Under the pieces are notes generated by a model, which had not been told where the DNA came from, searched no databases, and was given only the letters and a program-made list of their open reading frames with translations. Of a stretch of DNA of 64,000 bases, positions 10,119 to 19,276 are shown piece by piece. Numbering within the stretch: position 1 is the stretch's first letter; every line of letters begins with the position of its first letter. The position numbers were made by a program, and so were the translations under genes. The DNA is from Candidatus Latescibacterota bacterium (lineage in GTDB: Bacteria; Krumholzibacteriota; Krumholzibacteriia; WVZY01; JAKEHA01), in the NCBI GenBank assembly GCA_963707635.1, contig OY970173.1, positions 1,376,001 through 1,440,000 on the forward strand. Direction: 5' to 3'.

Positions 10119-11057
10119 ATGTTCGGCTACGCGCTGCGACGTTTCCTCTGGTTCGTGCCCATGCTGCTCGGCGTGGCGACGGTGACGTTTTTGCTCCTGC
10201 ACGTGCTCCCGGGAGACCCGGTGCTGAGCATGGTCGGCGAACGCTACGACGCCGACACGCTGGCGCGACTGCGCGCGGAAATGCACCTCGACGATCCGCT
10301 GCCGGAACGCTACCTCCGCTACCTCGGCAATCTCGCGCGTCTCGATCTGGGGACGTCGTACGTCACCGGCGCGCCGGTCTGGGATTCGATCCGCGAGCGC
10401 TTTCCGCTGACGCTTCGCCTCGCCGCCGCGGCGATGGCGATCGCGGTGGTGGTCGGGGTCGGGATCGGCGTGCTGGCGGCGTGGCGCCGCGGGTCGCCGC
10501 TCGATTACCTGCTCGTGGGCGGCTCGGTGGTCGGCGTCTCCATGCCGGTGTTCTGGCTGGGCGTGCTGCTGATCTATCTGTTTTCGATGCGCCTGGGATG
10601 GCTGCCCGCGTCCGGCTTCGGCAACGGCAATCCGCTCTACCTCGTGCTGCCCGCGATCACGCTGGCGCAGGCGTCCACCGCGTATGTCGCGCGCATCACG
10701 CGCTCGAGCGTGCTCGACGAGATCCACGAGACCTACGTGAAGGCGGCGCGCGCAAAGGGCGCGCCCGAAGCGCGGCTGCTGTTTCGGCACGCGCTGCGCA
10801 ACGCGCTCCTGCCGATCATTACGGTTGTCGGCGTCGACTTCGGGAGCTACTTGAGCGGGGCGGTGCTGACCGAGTCGATCTTCGCCTGGCCCGGGTTGGG
10901 GCGCTTCACCCTCGACGCCATTCTCAAGCGCGACCTGCCGGCGATCCAGGGCGCGGTTCTGTTCATGGCGATCCTGTTCATGGTGGTCAATCTCGCGGTC
11001 GATCTGCTCTATGCGCGCGTGGACCCGCGCGTGAAGCTCGGAGGCAGGGGAGCGTAA
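10119..11057 (+). CDS. Peptide ABC transporter permease (OppB/DppB family)
   Basis: LPGDP, SMPVFWLG, ARAKG EAA loop, HALRNALLP, ESIFAWPGLG, DPRV. Confidence 0.93.
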   Translation: MFGYALRRFLWFVPMLLGVATVTFLLLHVLPGDPVLSMVGERYDADTLARLRAEMHLDDPLPERYLRYLGNLARLDLGTSYVTGAPVWDSIRERFPLTLRLAAAAMAIAVVVGVGIGVLAAWRRGSPLDYLLVGGSVVGVSMPVFWLGVLLIYLFSMRLGWLPASGFGNGNPLYLVLPAITLAQASTAYVARITRSSVLDEIHETYVKAARAKGAPEARLLFRHALRNALLPIITVVGVDFGSYLSGAVLTESIFAWPGLGRFTLDAILKRDLPAIQGAVLFMAILFMVVNLAVDLLYARVDPRVKLGGRGA

Positions 11058-11956
11058 TGGCAGCCGTTCCCGCCGTTGCAACCGACGTCCCCGCGCGTCC
11101 CCGACGGACGGGAATGGCGCCCGCCCTTCGGCGCTTTGCCGCCCAGCGGGCGGGTGTGTTCGGGCTGGTGTTGATCGTCGTGACCGTCGGCGGCGGGGTT
11201 CTCGCGCCGTGGCTCACCCGCTACGATCCCACCGCGATCGCGATGGATCAGGCCCTGCAGCCGCCCGGTCCCGGCCACTGGCTCGGCACCGATGCCTTCG
11301 GGCGCGACGTCTTGAGCCGGGTGCTGCACGGCGCGCGTTTCTCGCTGGAGGTGGGCGTGGTGTCGAGGATCATCGCGCTCGCCCTCGGAGCGAGCCTCGG
11401 CCTGCTCGCCGGCTACTACGGCGGTCGCTTCGACCAGGTCGTCATGCGCGTGGCGGATGTGACCCTCGCGTACCCGGCGCTGCTCCTGTTGATCGCCGTC
11501 ATGGCCGCGATCGGACCGAGCAAGACCGCGCTCTTCGTGGCCCTCGGAAGCGTGGGGTGGGCAGGGGTGGCGCGCCTGGTGCGCGCGCAGGTCCTCTCGA
11601 TCAAGGAACGCGAGTTCGTGACCGCCATTCGCTCCCTGGGGGCGAGCGACCGCACGATCATCGTGCGACACCTCCTGCCCAACGTCCTGACACCCATGGT
11701 GGTGATCTTCTCGATGGGGCTCGGGGCGTCCATCATGGCGGAGTCGTCGCTGAGCTTCCTCGGGCTGGGCGCGCAGCCCCCGCACCCGAGCTGGGGCTCG
11801 ATGATCAGCTCCGGATTGGATTATCTTCGAGTGGCGCCGTGGCTCTCGCTCGCGCCCGGGGTCATGGTGACCCTGACGGTGTTGGGCTTCAACTTGCTAG
11901 GCGATACCTTGCGCGACCTGTTCGACCCGAAGCTGGGGCGAGCGGCGCGCCGATGA
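11057..11956 (+). CDS. Peptide ABC transporter permease (OppC/DppC family)
   Basis: HWLGTDAFGRDVLSR, RHLLPNV, ESSLSFLGLG, PSWGSMI; TAATG coupling to oppB. Confidence 0.93.
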   Translation: MAAVPAVATDVPARPRRTGMAPALRRFAAQRAGVFGLVLIVVTVGGGVLAPWLTRYDPTAIAMDQALQPPGPGHWLGTDAFGRDVLSRVLHGARFSLEVGVVSRIIALALGASLGLLAGYYGGRFDQVVMRVADVTLAYPALLLLIAVMAAIGPSKTALFVALGSVGWAGVARLVRAQVLSIKEREFVTAIRSLGASDRTIIVRHLLPNVLTPMVVIFSMGLGASIMAESSLSFLGLGAQPPHPSWGSMISSGLDYLRVAPWLSLAPGVMVTLTVLGFNLLGDTLRDLFDPKLGRAARR

Positions 11957-13038
11957 ACATGCTGCAGGAGATCAACGATACCCTCGCGGCGCTTCTCGCG
12001 GAGCGGGGCGTGGACGCGCGGACCACGCACACCCACGTGACGTCGCTCCCGCCGGACGGTTCCGTGGTCGAGGTCGAGGTCAGCGATCCGGACCTGGCCG
12101 ATGAGCTTCTTCGCCGGCTCGGGCTGGATGCGGAGGGCCGGCGTCGGCTCCGCATCGTGGTCCTGCCCAGGGCCGGGCTTCCCGAGGCCCTGATCGCCGC
12201 GAGCAGCGTGGCCGATGTCCGCAGGCTCCCGTCCCACCCGTCCGAGCTCGTCACCCAGATCGTCTATGGCGACCTGGTCGTCCCGCTCAAGCAGGAGGGG
12301 GAGTGGTATCTCTGTCGAATCGACGACGGGTACCTGGGGTGGATTCGGAGCTGGCATCTGGTAGAAACCTCGCGCGCCGGGCAGGCGGAGTTCCTCCGCC
12401 GTTGCAGCCATCGCGTGGGCGTCAACCACTCCGAGGCCCTGACCGAGCCGGACGCACGCTCCCTGCCCGTGACCGACCTGGTGATCGGAACGCCGCTGGT
12501 CGCCGATCCGGGTGGCCGGCGGGGGTGGGCGGCGGTCGAGCTCGCCGACGGCAAGCGAGGATTCGTTCGGCGCCCTCACATCGAAAGGAAGCCACGGCAG
12601 GGGACGGTATCGCGCTCGAAGCTGGTCGCGACGGGGCTGCGTTTTCTGGGCATTCCCTATCTATGGGGAGGCAACACCCCGAAGGGCTTCGACTGTTCGG
12701 GGCTGGTCCAGCGGATCTACCGGCTCCATGGGGTGGTTATGCCACGTGATTCCGACATGCAATCCCGCTTCGGCGCGGCCCGGCGCACCCGCGATCTGGA
12801 CGGCTTGTTTCCCGGTGACCTCCTGTTCTTCGGCAAGGTCTCCCAGCGCATCACCCATGTGGGCATGGTGCTCCCGGACCGGCTCTTCCTCCACGCGTAC
12901 GGACAAGTTCGTGTTAATTCATTAGATCCAGCACATCCCCTGTTCGAGCCATCGCTCGCCGGTGACTGGCGGGGAGCCCGCGATCCCCTTGGCCAGGCGT
13001 TGCATCCGGCAGCGACTACGGTGGATACCCCCTTGTGA
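11953..13038 (+). CDS. SH3b + NlpC/P60 peptidase (YkfC-like gamma-D-Glu endopeptidase)
   Basis: SELVTQ and DGYLGWI SH3b-like segment; YLWGG...FDCSGLV (Cys), THVG (His), LHA; no signal peptide; ATGA overlap with oppC. Confidence 0.85.
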   Translation: MNMLQEINDTLAALLAERGVDARTTHTHVTSLPPDGSVVEVEVSDPDLADELLRRLGLDAEGRRRLRIVVLPRAGLPEALIAASSVADVRRLPSHPSELVTQIVYGDLVVPLKQEGEWYLCRIDDGYLGWIRSWHLVETSRAGQAEFLRRCSHRVGVNHSEALTEPDARSLPVTDLVIGTPLVADPGGRRGWAAVELADGKRGFVRRPHIERKPRQGTVSRSKLVATGLRFLGIPYLWGGNTPKGFDCSGLVQRIYRLHGVVMPRDSDMQSRFGAARRTRDLDGLFPGDLLFFGKVSQRITHVGMVLPDRLFLHAYGQVRVNSLDPAHPLFEPSLAGDWRGARDPLGQALHPAATTVDTPL

Positions 13039-13056
13039 GCCGTTTCCCAAAGGTCC

Positions 13057-13096
13057 AAAAAAAACGTTGACGCCTTTCGGCGAACGCCGATAGATT
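13057..13096 (+). promoter_or_regulatory. Strong sigma70-type promoter with A-tract (UP-like)
   Basis: A8 at 13057-13064, TTGACG at 13067-13072, 18-bp spacer, TAGATT at 13091-13096. Confidence 0.7.
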
Positions 13097-13312
13097 ACGC
13101 GCTCAAAGCTGGAAATGCCCTTTTTGGGGCATTCCCCGGGGGCTTCAGCCCGTAGCGCGGGTGCGGAAGACCGGGGGGTGAGGTCGATGGAGCCTTGCCC
13201 CAGCGGAGCACCCGTGACGGGCGTTCGATATGGTAGACAGGCAACGGGAATGGGCCGGTAACGCCCGGCGTTCACAGTGGACAGGCCGTTCCCACCAGAG
13301 GAGGTCAAGGTT

Positions 13313-14602
13313 ATGTTAAAGCACTGGAGCAGAATTGCTCTGGCTTCGTTTCTGGTTTTGATGGTCGGCGCGTCGGTCGCGTTCGCGACCACCGCCCGGG
13401 TGCGGTCACTGGCAAACACCGGTGACTACATCAGTGATGACTCGGCGGTTAATCGTTGGTACAGCACGCTTTCCTCGTTCGCCAATCAGGTCAACGCCGA
13501 GCTGGGTCAGTTCGCGGGTACCCCCGGTAGTCTGGTGGACACCCGGGGCCTCGGTTGGACCCATGCCTGCGGAGACGACGGCAAGTGGGGTACGTATCGG
13601 ATTTCGTTGAACGAAAACGCGCTCGATCACCCGGGTTTCTGGATCGGCAATCCGTTCTATCAGAGCCACTCACCCGGTGACGACGGTGGTCTCGGCGACC
13701 CGACGGGCGGTGCCTACGACGACACCCCGATCAACAAGTGGGATGTCGCGGGTGCGTGGGACCTTGGAGAATCCATGTCTCTCGGCGTCTCCGTCACCCA
13801 GTCGAAGTGGAGCTTCGAGGACACGGCAAACGACATCGAGGCCGACAACTCGTGGATCACGCTGGGCGCTGGTTTCTCGTGGACCAATGCCGACAACCTG
13901 GTGCTCGACGCCGCGGTGAATTTCGGTAACGCGGGCGGCAAGATGACCGACGGCGCCAACACGTCCGAGTGGGACAGCAAGACGGCGTTCGATATTCTCG
14001 CCCGTCTGTTCTGGGACTGGAAGGACGACGTCACGGTGGTACCGGTCGTGGAGTTCACCCAGTCCGATTATAGCCTGTCGGTCAGCCCGACGGCGCTCAC
14101 GCCGCCCAACGGCGAGAAGCTGTCGGACTTTCTGTTCGGCCTGGGACTCAACATGGACGTGAACGAGGACAACATGCTGGTGTTCGCGCTCGAGTTCATG
14201 AATCGCAAGTATGAGTATTCGAACCCGGACACGGTTGCGGCTGGCTACGCGAGCACGACGTGGAGCTATACGCCGACGGTGCGTCTGGCGCTGGAGTCGG
14301 ACATCACGACCTGGTTCACGACACGTATCGGCGCGGTCAAGTACCTCGGCAACGTGACCGACGAGTCCAACGGTGGCGACAAGTACAAGATCACGCCGGG
14401 TGCGCCGGGCATCCTGATCGGTGTAACGCCGCCGAGCGGGTTTGATTGGTACCTCGGTTGCGGGTTCACCGTCGCCGAGTGGACGATCGATCTCGAGATC
14501 AACGAAGAGACGCCGTTCAACATCGGCTACTGGCTGACGGGTTACTCGAATTACGGTTTGGGTGGCCCGGTGGGCCGAATCTCGGCCGTCTACAACTACT
14601 AA
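13313..14602 (+). CDS. Uncharacterised outer-membrane beta-barrel (porin-like) protein
   Basis: GAGGAGG RBS; signal peptide ending AFA; many alternating amphipathic strands; C-terminal ISAVYNY beta-signal; own promoter and terminator. Confidence 0.75.
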   Translation: MLKHWSRIALASFLVLMVGASVAFATTARVRSLANTGDYISDDSAVNRWYSTLSSFANQVNAELGQFAGTPGSLVDTRGLGWTHACGDDGKWGTYRISLNENALDHPGFWIGNPFYQSHSPGDDGGLGDPTGGAYDDTPINKWDVAGAWDLGESMSLGVSVTQSKWSFEDTANDIEADNSWITLGAGFSWTNADNLVLDAAVNFGNAGGKMTDGANTSEWDSKTAFDILARLFWDWKDDVTVVPVVEFTQSDYSLSVSPTALTPPNGEKLSDFLFGLGLNMDVNEDNMLVFALEFMNRKYEYSNPDTVAAGYASTTWSYTPTVRLALESDITTWFTTRIGAVKYLGNVTDESNGGDKYKITPGAPGILIGVTPPSGFDWYLGCGFTVAEWTIDLEINEETPFNIGYWLTGYSNYGLGGPVGRISAVYNY

Positions 14603-14637
14603 GTCCCGAGGCGTTCATCGCCGAAGGCGTGTGGTCG

Positions 14638-14678
14638 GACGCGGCCCCTTCCTCGCGAAGGGGCCGCGTTCTTTTTTT
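14638..14678 (+). terminator. Rho-independent terminator
   Basis: GACGCGGCCCCTTC / GAAGGGGCCGCGTT stem followed by a T7 run. Confidence 0.9.
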
Positions 14679-14802
14679 GCGCAGCTTCGCGTTTCTCGCC
14701 GTTCCCGGTCGTTCCGCCATCGGGGCCTGGAACTTGCACTCCACCCGGCGCAGACGGCTGCGCGAATGCATCGCGGCAGCGCACTATCGAGCGCGATCGG
14801 CG

Positions 14803-16014
14803 ATGTACTTCTTCTACTATCTGCCCATCGGAGTCGACGCGGAGACCCGGCGGTTTCCGGTGTTCACCACGCTGTTCACCGTCATCTGCGTCGCGGTATT
14901 CGTCGCGCGCCGGGTGCTCGGAGAGGGCGCCGCGTTCGACGTTCGCAACTACGTGTACTACCCGGGCTGGTCCAGCCCGCTCACCGCACTCGCCGCCGGC
15001 TTTCTCCACTTCGGCTACTTTCATATCGTGTCCAACCTCGTCTATCTGGTGCTGTTCGGCCGCTATCTCGAAGATCGTCTGGGGCCGGGGATGTTCGCGC
15101 TGATGTTCGTCGGGTCGACGCTGGTCGGCAACCTGGCGCAGGGCTGGTACAACCTGCACGTGCTGGAGACGGGCGCGGGCATCATCGGCGCCTCGGGCGC
15201 GGTGTCGGGCATCATGGGTGCGTTTCTGATCCGGCTGCGCCACCACAACGTCAGGGTGGCCTACTGGGTGTTTGCGCCGCTGCTGGCAACGAACCGGGCC
15301 GGCACCGTGCAGATCCACGTGGTGTTTGCACTCGCGCTGTGGGTCCTGATCCAGGTGGTTCGCGGTCTGGTGCAACTCGAGGGCACCGGCGTCAACGTGG
15401 CGTATGTCACCCACCTGGTGGGGTTCGCCTTCGGGGTGGGGGCGGTGGTCGCGACGGGCGGCTGGCGCCTGGGCCGGATCGACGGTCACCTGGTGAAGGC
15501 GAAGCGCTACCTGCGTCGCGGCGAATTCTACGGCGCGCAGGACGAGTTGACGAATTACTCGCTCGCCCGACCGGACGACGGAGAGGCGCACGCGGCCCTG
15601 GCCAGAACGCGCGCGCAGTGCGCCGACGCTGCCGGCGCCCGGGCCAGCTACCGCGACGCGTGCGAGTGCTTCCTGCGCGCCGGGAGACGCGGCGAGGCGG
15701 AGCGGACGTTTCAGGAAGCCACGCGTTCGTTCCCGGACTTCGTGCTTTCGGCGCCGGCGCACCTGGACCTCTGCTTCGGCCTGGAGCGCAATCTCAAGCC
15801 GGCCGTTGCACTTTGCGCCTACGAGGGCTTCGGGCGGGTCTACCACGACCACGCGGAGGCCCCATTCGCCCTGCTGCGGGCAGCCAATCTCCACGCCAAG
15901 CAGGGGAATATCGCGCGCGCGAAGAGCTGCTACGAGCGTATCGTCACCGGCTACCCGGACGACGACTGGGTCGAGTTTGCCGCCGAACACGCGCGCCGGC
16001 TCGGCGCGGCGTAG
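14803..16014 (+). CDS. Rhomboid-family intramembrane serine protease with C-terminal TPR-like domain
   Basis: FLH...HIVSN, GASGAVSG (catalytic Ser), HLVGF (His); helical repeats ending YERIVTGYPD. Confidence 0.85.
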   Translation: MYFFYYLPIGVDAETRRFPVFTTLFTVICVAVFVARRVLGEGAAFDVRNYVYYPGWSSPLTALAAGFLHFGYFHIVSNLVYLVLFGRYLEDRLGPGMFALMFVGSTLVGNLAQGWYNLHVLETGAGIIGASGAVSGIMGAFLIRLRHHNVRVAYWVFAPLLATNRAGTVQIHVVFALALWVLIQVVRGLVQLEGTGVNVAYVTHLVGFAFGVGAVVATGGWRLGRIDGHLVKAKRYLRRGEFYGAQDELTNYSLARPDDGEAHAALARTRAQCADAAGARASYRDACECFLRAGRRGEAERTFQEATRSFPDFVLSAPAHLDLCFGLERNLKPAVALCAYEGFGRVYHDHAEAPFALLRAANLHAKQGNIARAKSCYERIVTGYPDDDWVEFAAEHARRLGAA

Positions 16015-16163
16015 TCGTCGTTTCCAGCCCCGCCGCCGGGGGTGACAGGCCGGTCGTTGGCCGCGTAACCCCAGCCTCGGTAATATTCTTGCCAATTTCT
16101 CCGGCCCGGTGATAGCCTGCCGATGGCCGCGGGTGCGGCCGGCGGAAATCGGGAGGTGGCGGT

Positions 16164-16847
16164 GTGGAAGGTGGTACGGTTCGGGGACTTCCGTCGAGTG
16201 ACCGACCGCGCGAGCGGTTGTATACCAGGGGCGCGGCGGAGCTATCGCTGCAAGAACTCCTCGCGATCATCATCGGCGGGGGGACGCGCGGGTCCGGGGC
16301 GCTGGTACTGGCGCTGAGTTTGCTTGGGGAATTCGGGGATCTGGTGACGATGGGACGAGCGGGCGTCGATGAACTGCGCCGCGTGCCCGGTATCGGGTTC
16401 GCGCGTGGGTGCCAGGTGGTCGCCGCTTTCGAGCTGGGCAAGCGCTTCGCCAGGGAGTCGAGGTCGAGTGGTTCGTCCGTGCGCGCCCCGAAGGACATCG
16501 CGCGCATGTTCATGGACGAGATGAAACACTACGACCGCGAACACTTCAAGGCGGCGTTCCTCAACACGAAGAATCAGGTCATCAAGGTCGTGACGGTGTC
16601 CATCGGATCGCTCAACGCGTCGATTGTGCACCCGCGTGAGATCCTGAAGCCGGCGATTGCGGTCAGCGCCGCGTCGATCATCCTCGTTCACAATCATCCC
16701 ACGGGAGATCCCACGCCCAGTCGCGAGGATGTCGAGTTCACGCGCCGCTTTGCGAAGTGCGGGGAGTTGATCGGCATCGAGCTGCTCGATCACATCGTGA
16801 TCGGGGCGGATCGGTTCCAGAGCCTTAAAGAGTCCGGCTGCTTCTAG
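16164..16847 (+). CDS. radC: RadC / UPF0758 JAB-domain protein
   Basis: RPRERL, HhH segment VPGIG, VHPRE, HNHPTGDPTPSREDV, LLDHIVI. Confidence 0.92.
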   Translation: MEGGTVRGLPSSDRPRERLYTRGAAELSLQELLAIIIGGGTRGSGALVLALSLLGEFGDLVTMGRAGVDELRRVPGIGFARGCQVVAAFELGKRFARESRSSGSSVRAPKDIARMFMDEMKHYDREHFKAAFLNTKNQVIKVVTVSIGSLNASIVHPREILKPAIAVSAASIILVHNHPTGDPTPSREDVEFTRRFAKCGELIGIELLDHIVIGADRFQSLKESGCF

Positions 16848-16865
16848 CCCGGACCGGGGGTGGGA

Positions 16866-17906
16866 ATGTCGTTGTTTGCCCGGCTGTCCAACTATCTGAC
16901 CAATGACGTCGCCATCGACCTCGGCACCGCGAACACGCTCGTGTACGTGAAGGGGAGCGGCATCGTGCTGAACGAGCCGTCGGTGGTGGCGGTCGACCAG
17001 CGCACCAAGAAGGTATTCGCGGTGGGCCTCGAGGCCAAGACCATGCTGGGCAAGACCCCCGAATACATCGCGGCGATCCGGCCGATGAAGGACGGCGTCA
17101 TTGCGGACTTCGAGATCACCGAGATGATGCTGCGCGAGTTCATCCGCAAATCCCAGAAAAAGAAGCACTTCATCCGTCCGCGCATCGTGATCGCGGTGCC
17201 GTCCGGAATCACCGAGGTGGAGAAGCGGGCGGTTCGCGACTCGGCCGAGCACGCCGGGGCGCGCGAGGTGTTCCTGATCGCGGAACCCATCGCGGCGGCG
17301 ATCGGCGTCGGACTCCCGGTGGATAAGCCGTCGGGGAACATGATCATCGACATCGGCGGCGGCACCACCGAGATCGCCGTGATCGCGCTCGACGGCATTG
17401 TCGCCGACAGCTCGATCCGGGTGGCGGGCGACGAGTTGGACGAGGCGATCGTCAACTACGTCAAGCGCACCTACAACATGCTCATCGGCGAGCAGACCGC
17501 CGAACAGATCAAGATGAAGATCGGGTGCGCGGTCAGGCTGGATAAGCCGCTCGAGATGGAGATCAAGGGACGCGACCTGGTGGCGGGAATCCCCAAGAAC
17601 CTCAAGCTCACCAGCGAGGAGATCCGGGAAGCGATCAGCGAACCCATCTCCCAGATCGTGGAGGCTCTGAAGAACGCGCTCGAACAGACCCCACCCGAGC
17701 TCGCGGCCGATATCGTCGATCGTGGCATCGTGATGACCGGAGGCGGAGCCATGCTGAAGGGACTCGACCAGCTGCTGAAGCGGGAGACGAACCTTCCGAT
17801 CAACGTCGTTGACGACCCGCTCCTGTGCGTCGTGCTCGGCGCGGGCAAGGTGCTCGACAATATCCACTACTACGATCGGGTGCTCATGCATAGCTCGCGC
17901 GACTAG
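16866..17906 (+). CDS. mreB: Rod shape-determining protein MreB
   Basis: [35 protein letters not shown]. Confidence 0.97.
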   Translation: MSLFARLSNYLTNDVAIDLGTANTLVYVKGSGIVLNEPSVVAVDQRTKKVFAVGLEAKTMLGKTPEYIAAIRPMKDGVIADFEITEMMLREFIRKSQKKKHFIRPRIVIAVPSGITEVEKRAVRDSAEHAGAREVFLIAEPIAAAIGVGLPVDKPSGNMIIDIGGGTTEIAVIALDGIVADSSIRVAGDELDEAIVNYVKRTYNMLIGEQTAEQIKMKIGCAVRLDKPLEMEIKGRDLVAGIPKNLKLTSEEIREAISEPISQIVEALKNALEQTPPELAADIVDRGIVMTGGGAMLKGLDQLLKRETNLPINVVDDPLLCVVLGAGKVLDNIHYYDRVLMHSSRD

Positions 17907-17909
17907 CAT

Positions 17910-18776
17910 ATGCACCTGTTCGAGGCCGTTTTTCAACGATACCGCGACCGCACGGTCCTCGTCGTCCTGATCAGCCTCTCCATCGCGCTCATGTCGTTGC
18001 CCGAGCCGGTCCAGCTGGACGTGGCCCGGGGCCTCGTCGGCCGTCTGGTGCTCCCGGCCCAGCGCGCCACGACCTTCGTGACCGACTACGCCGACGTGCG
18101 GGCCGAGAACGAGCGCTTGCAACGAATGGTGGCGACCCTGATGCTGGAGCGCGAGCGGCTGCTCCAGTATCGGGACGAACGCGAGCGCCTTCGGCGCCTG
18201 GCCGAGTTCAAGGAAGAACAGACCCACCGGCTGGTCCCCGCGGAAGTAGTGGGCCGCGACTTCGACCGTATCCAGACCAACCTGGTGATCAACAAGGGCA
18301 GCGAGGCGGGACTGCGCGCGCGCATGCCGGTGTTTTCGTACGGCGGACTCGTCGGCAGCCTCGCGAAGGTCTTCGCGAACTCCTCGTGGGTGCAGCTGCT
18401 CACCAGCAAGAATCACCCGGTGAGTTGCATCGACAAGCGCAGCCGCGTGGTGGGCGTGTTGGAGTGGCGCCATCGCAATTCCTTCGAGCTGCGCCACGTG
18501 AGCTCGAACGAAGACGTCGCCGTCGGCGACACGCTGGTGACGAGCGGCTTCGGCGGCACCATTCCCAAGGGATTTCCGGTCGCGATCGTCTCGCGGGTGG
18601 GGCAGTCGACCGACGGCTTGAGCCTGCGGGTGGACGCGCGCAGCCCCGTCAATTTCGTCTCGCTGGAAGAAGTATTCGTCATGACCGAAGAGATTCCCTG
18701 GGATCGCTCCCTGTTCTACGAAGAGGCGGATACCGCGCTCATGCGGGACGTGCTCCGTTCCAGGAGCCAGCGGTGA
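17910..18776 (+). CDS. mreC: Rod shape-determining protein MreC
   Basis: TM helix plus coiled coil, INKGS, GDTLVTSGFGGTIPKG; follows mreB. Confidence 0.92.
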   Translation: MHLFEAVFQRYRDRTVLVVLISLSIALMSLPEPVQLDVARGLVGRLVLPAQRATTFVTDYADVRAENERLQRMVATLMLERERLLQYRDERERLRRLAEFKEEQTHRLVPAEVVGRDFDRIQTNLVINKGSEAGLRARMPVFSYGGLVGSLAKVFANSSWVQLLTSKNHPVSCIDKRSRVVGVLEWRHRNSFELRHVSSNEDVAVGDTLVTSGFGGTIPKGFPVAIVSRVGQSTDGLSLRVDARSPVNFVSLEEVFVMTEEIPWDRSLFYEEADTALMRDVLRSRSQR

Positions 18777-19276
18777 AGTTCCTGGCGCCGTTGCTCGGGG
18801 TCGTCATCTACCTCGCGCTGCAGGCCGCGGTGGCGGGTCGCATCGCGATCGGTTCCATCGCGCCCGACTTCGTGGTGGTGTGCGTGATGCTGTTCGGGCT
18901 GCAGCGCGGGAGGATCCAGGGGTCGCTGTTCGGGTTCTTCGTCGGATTCCTGGTCGACCTCAGCAATCCCGGTTTCCTGGGGCTCAATGCCCTCACCAAG
19001 TGCCTGCTCGGCTTCGCGGCGGGCGGGTTGGGGGCCGCGGCGTCGCCCGGGGTGCTGGTGCTGGCGATCGTGTTCTTCGTGGGCGCCCTTGCGCACGACC
19101 TCGTCTACCTGCTGATTTACCTGTGGCCCGCGGTCGGCAGCGCCCTCTTGACGCTGGTCACGACCGCGCTGCCGTCGGCGCTCTATACCGCCGTCGCGGG
19201 TGTCGCGGTCGAGCGCATCCTCGCCCTGCTGGGGGCGAAGGTGGTGACGTCGTTTGGCAAAGAGAGACAGTACTAG
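18773..19276 (+). CDS. mreD: Rod shape-determining protein MreD
   Basis: GTGA overlap with mreC; hydrophobic protein with APDFV, GFFVGFLVDL, LGLNALTK. Confidence 0.88.
   Translation: MKFLAPLLGVVIYLALQAAVAGRIAIGSIAPDFVVVCVMLFGLQRGRIQGSLFGFFVGFLVDLSNPGFLGLNALTKCLLGFAAGGLGAAASPGVLVLAIVFFVGALAHDLVYLLIYLWPAVGSALLTLVTTALPSALYTAVAGVAVERILALLGAKVVTSFGKERQY

Noticed and set aside
16164..16847. RadC as a marker of a mobile element
   Set aside because: Full-length form in the usual chromosomal radC-mreBCD position
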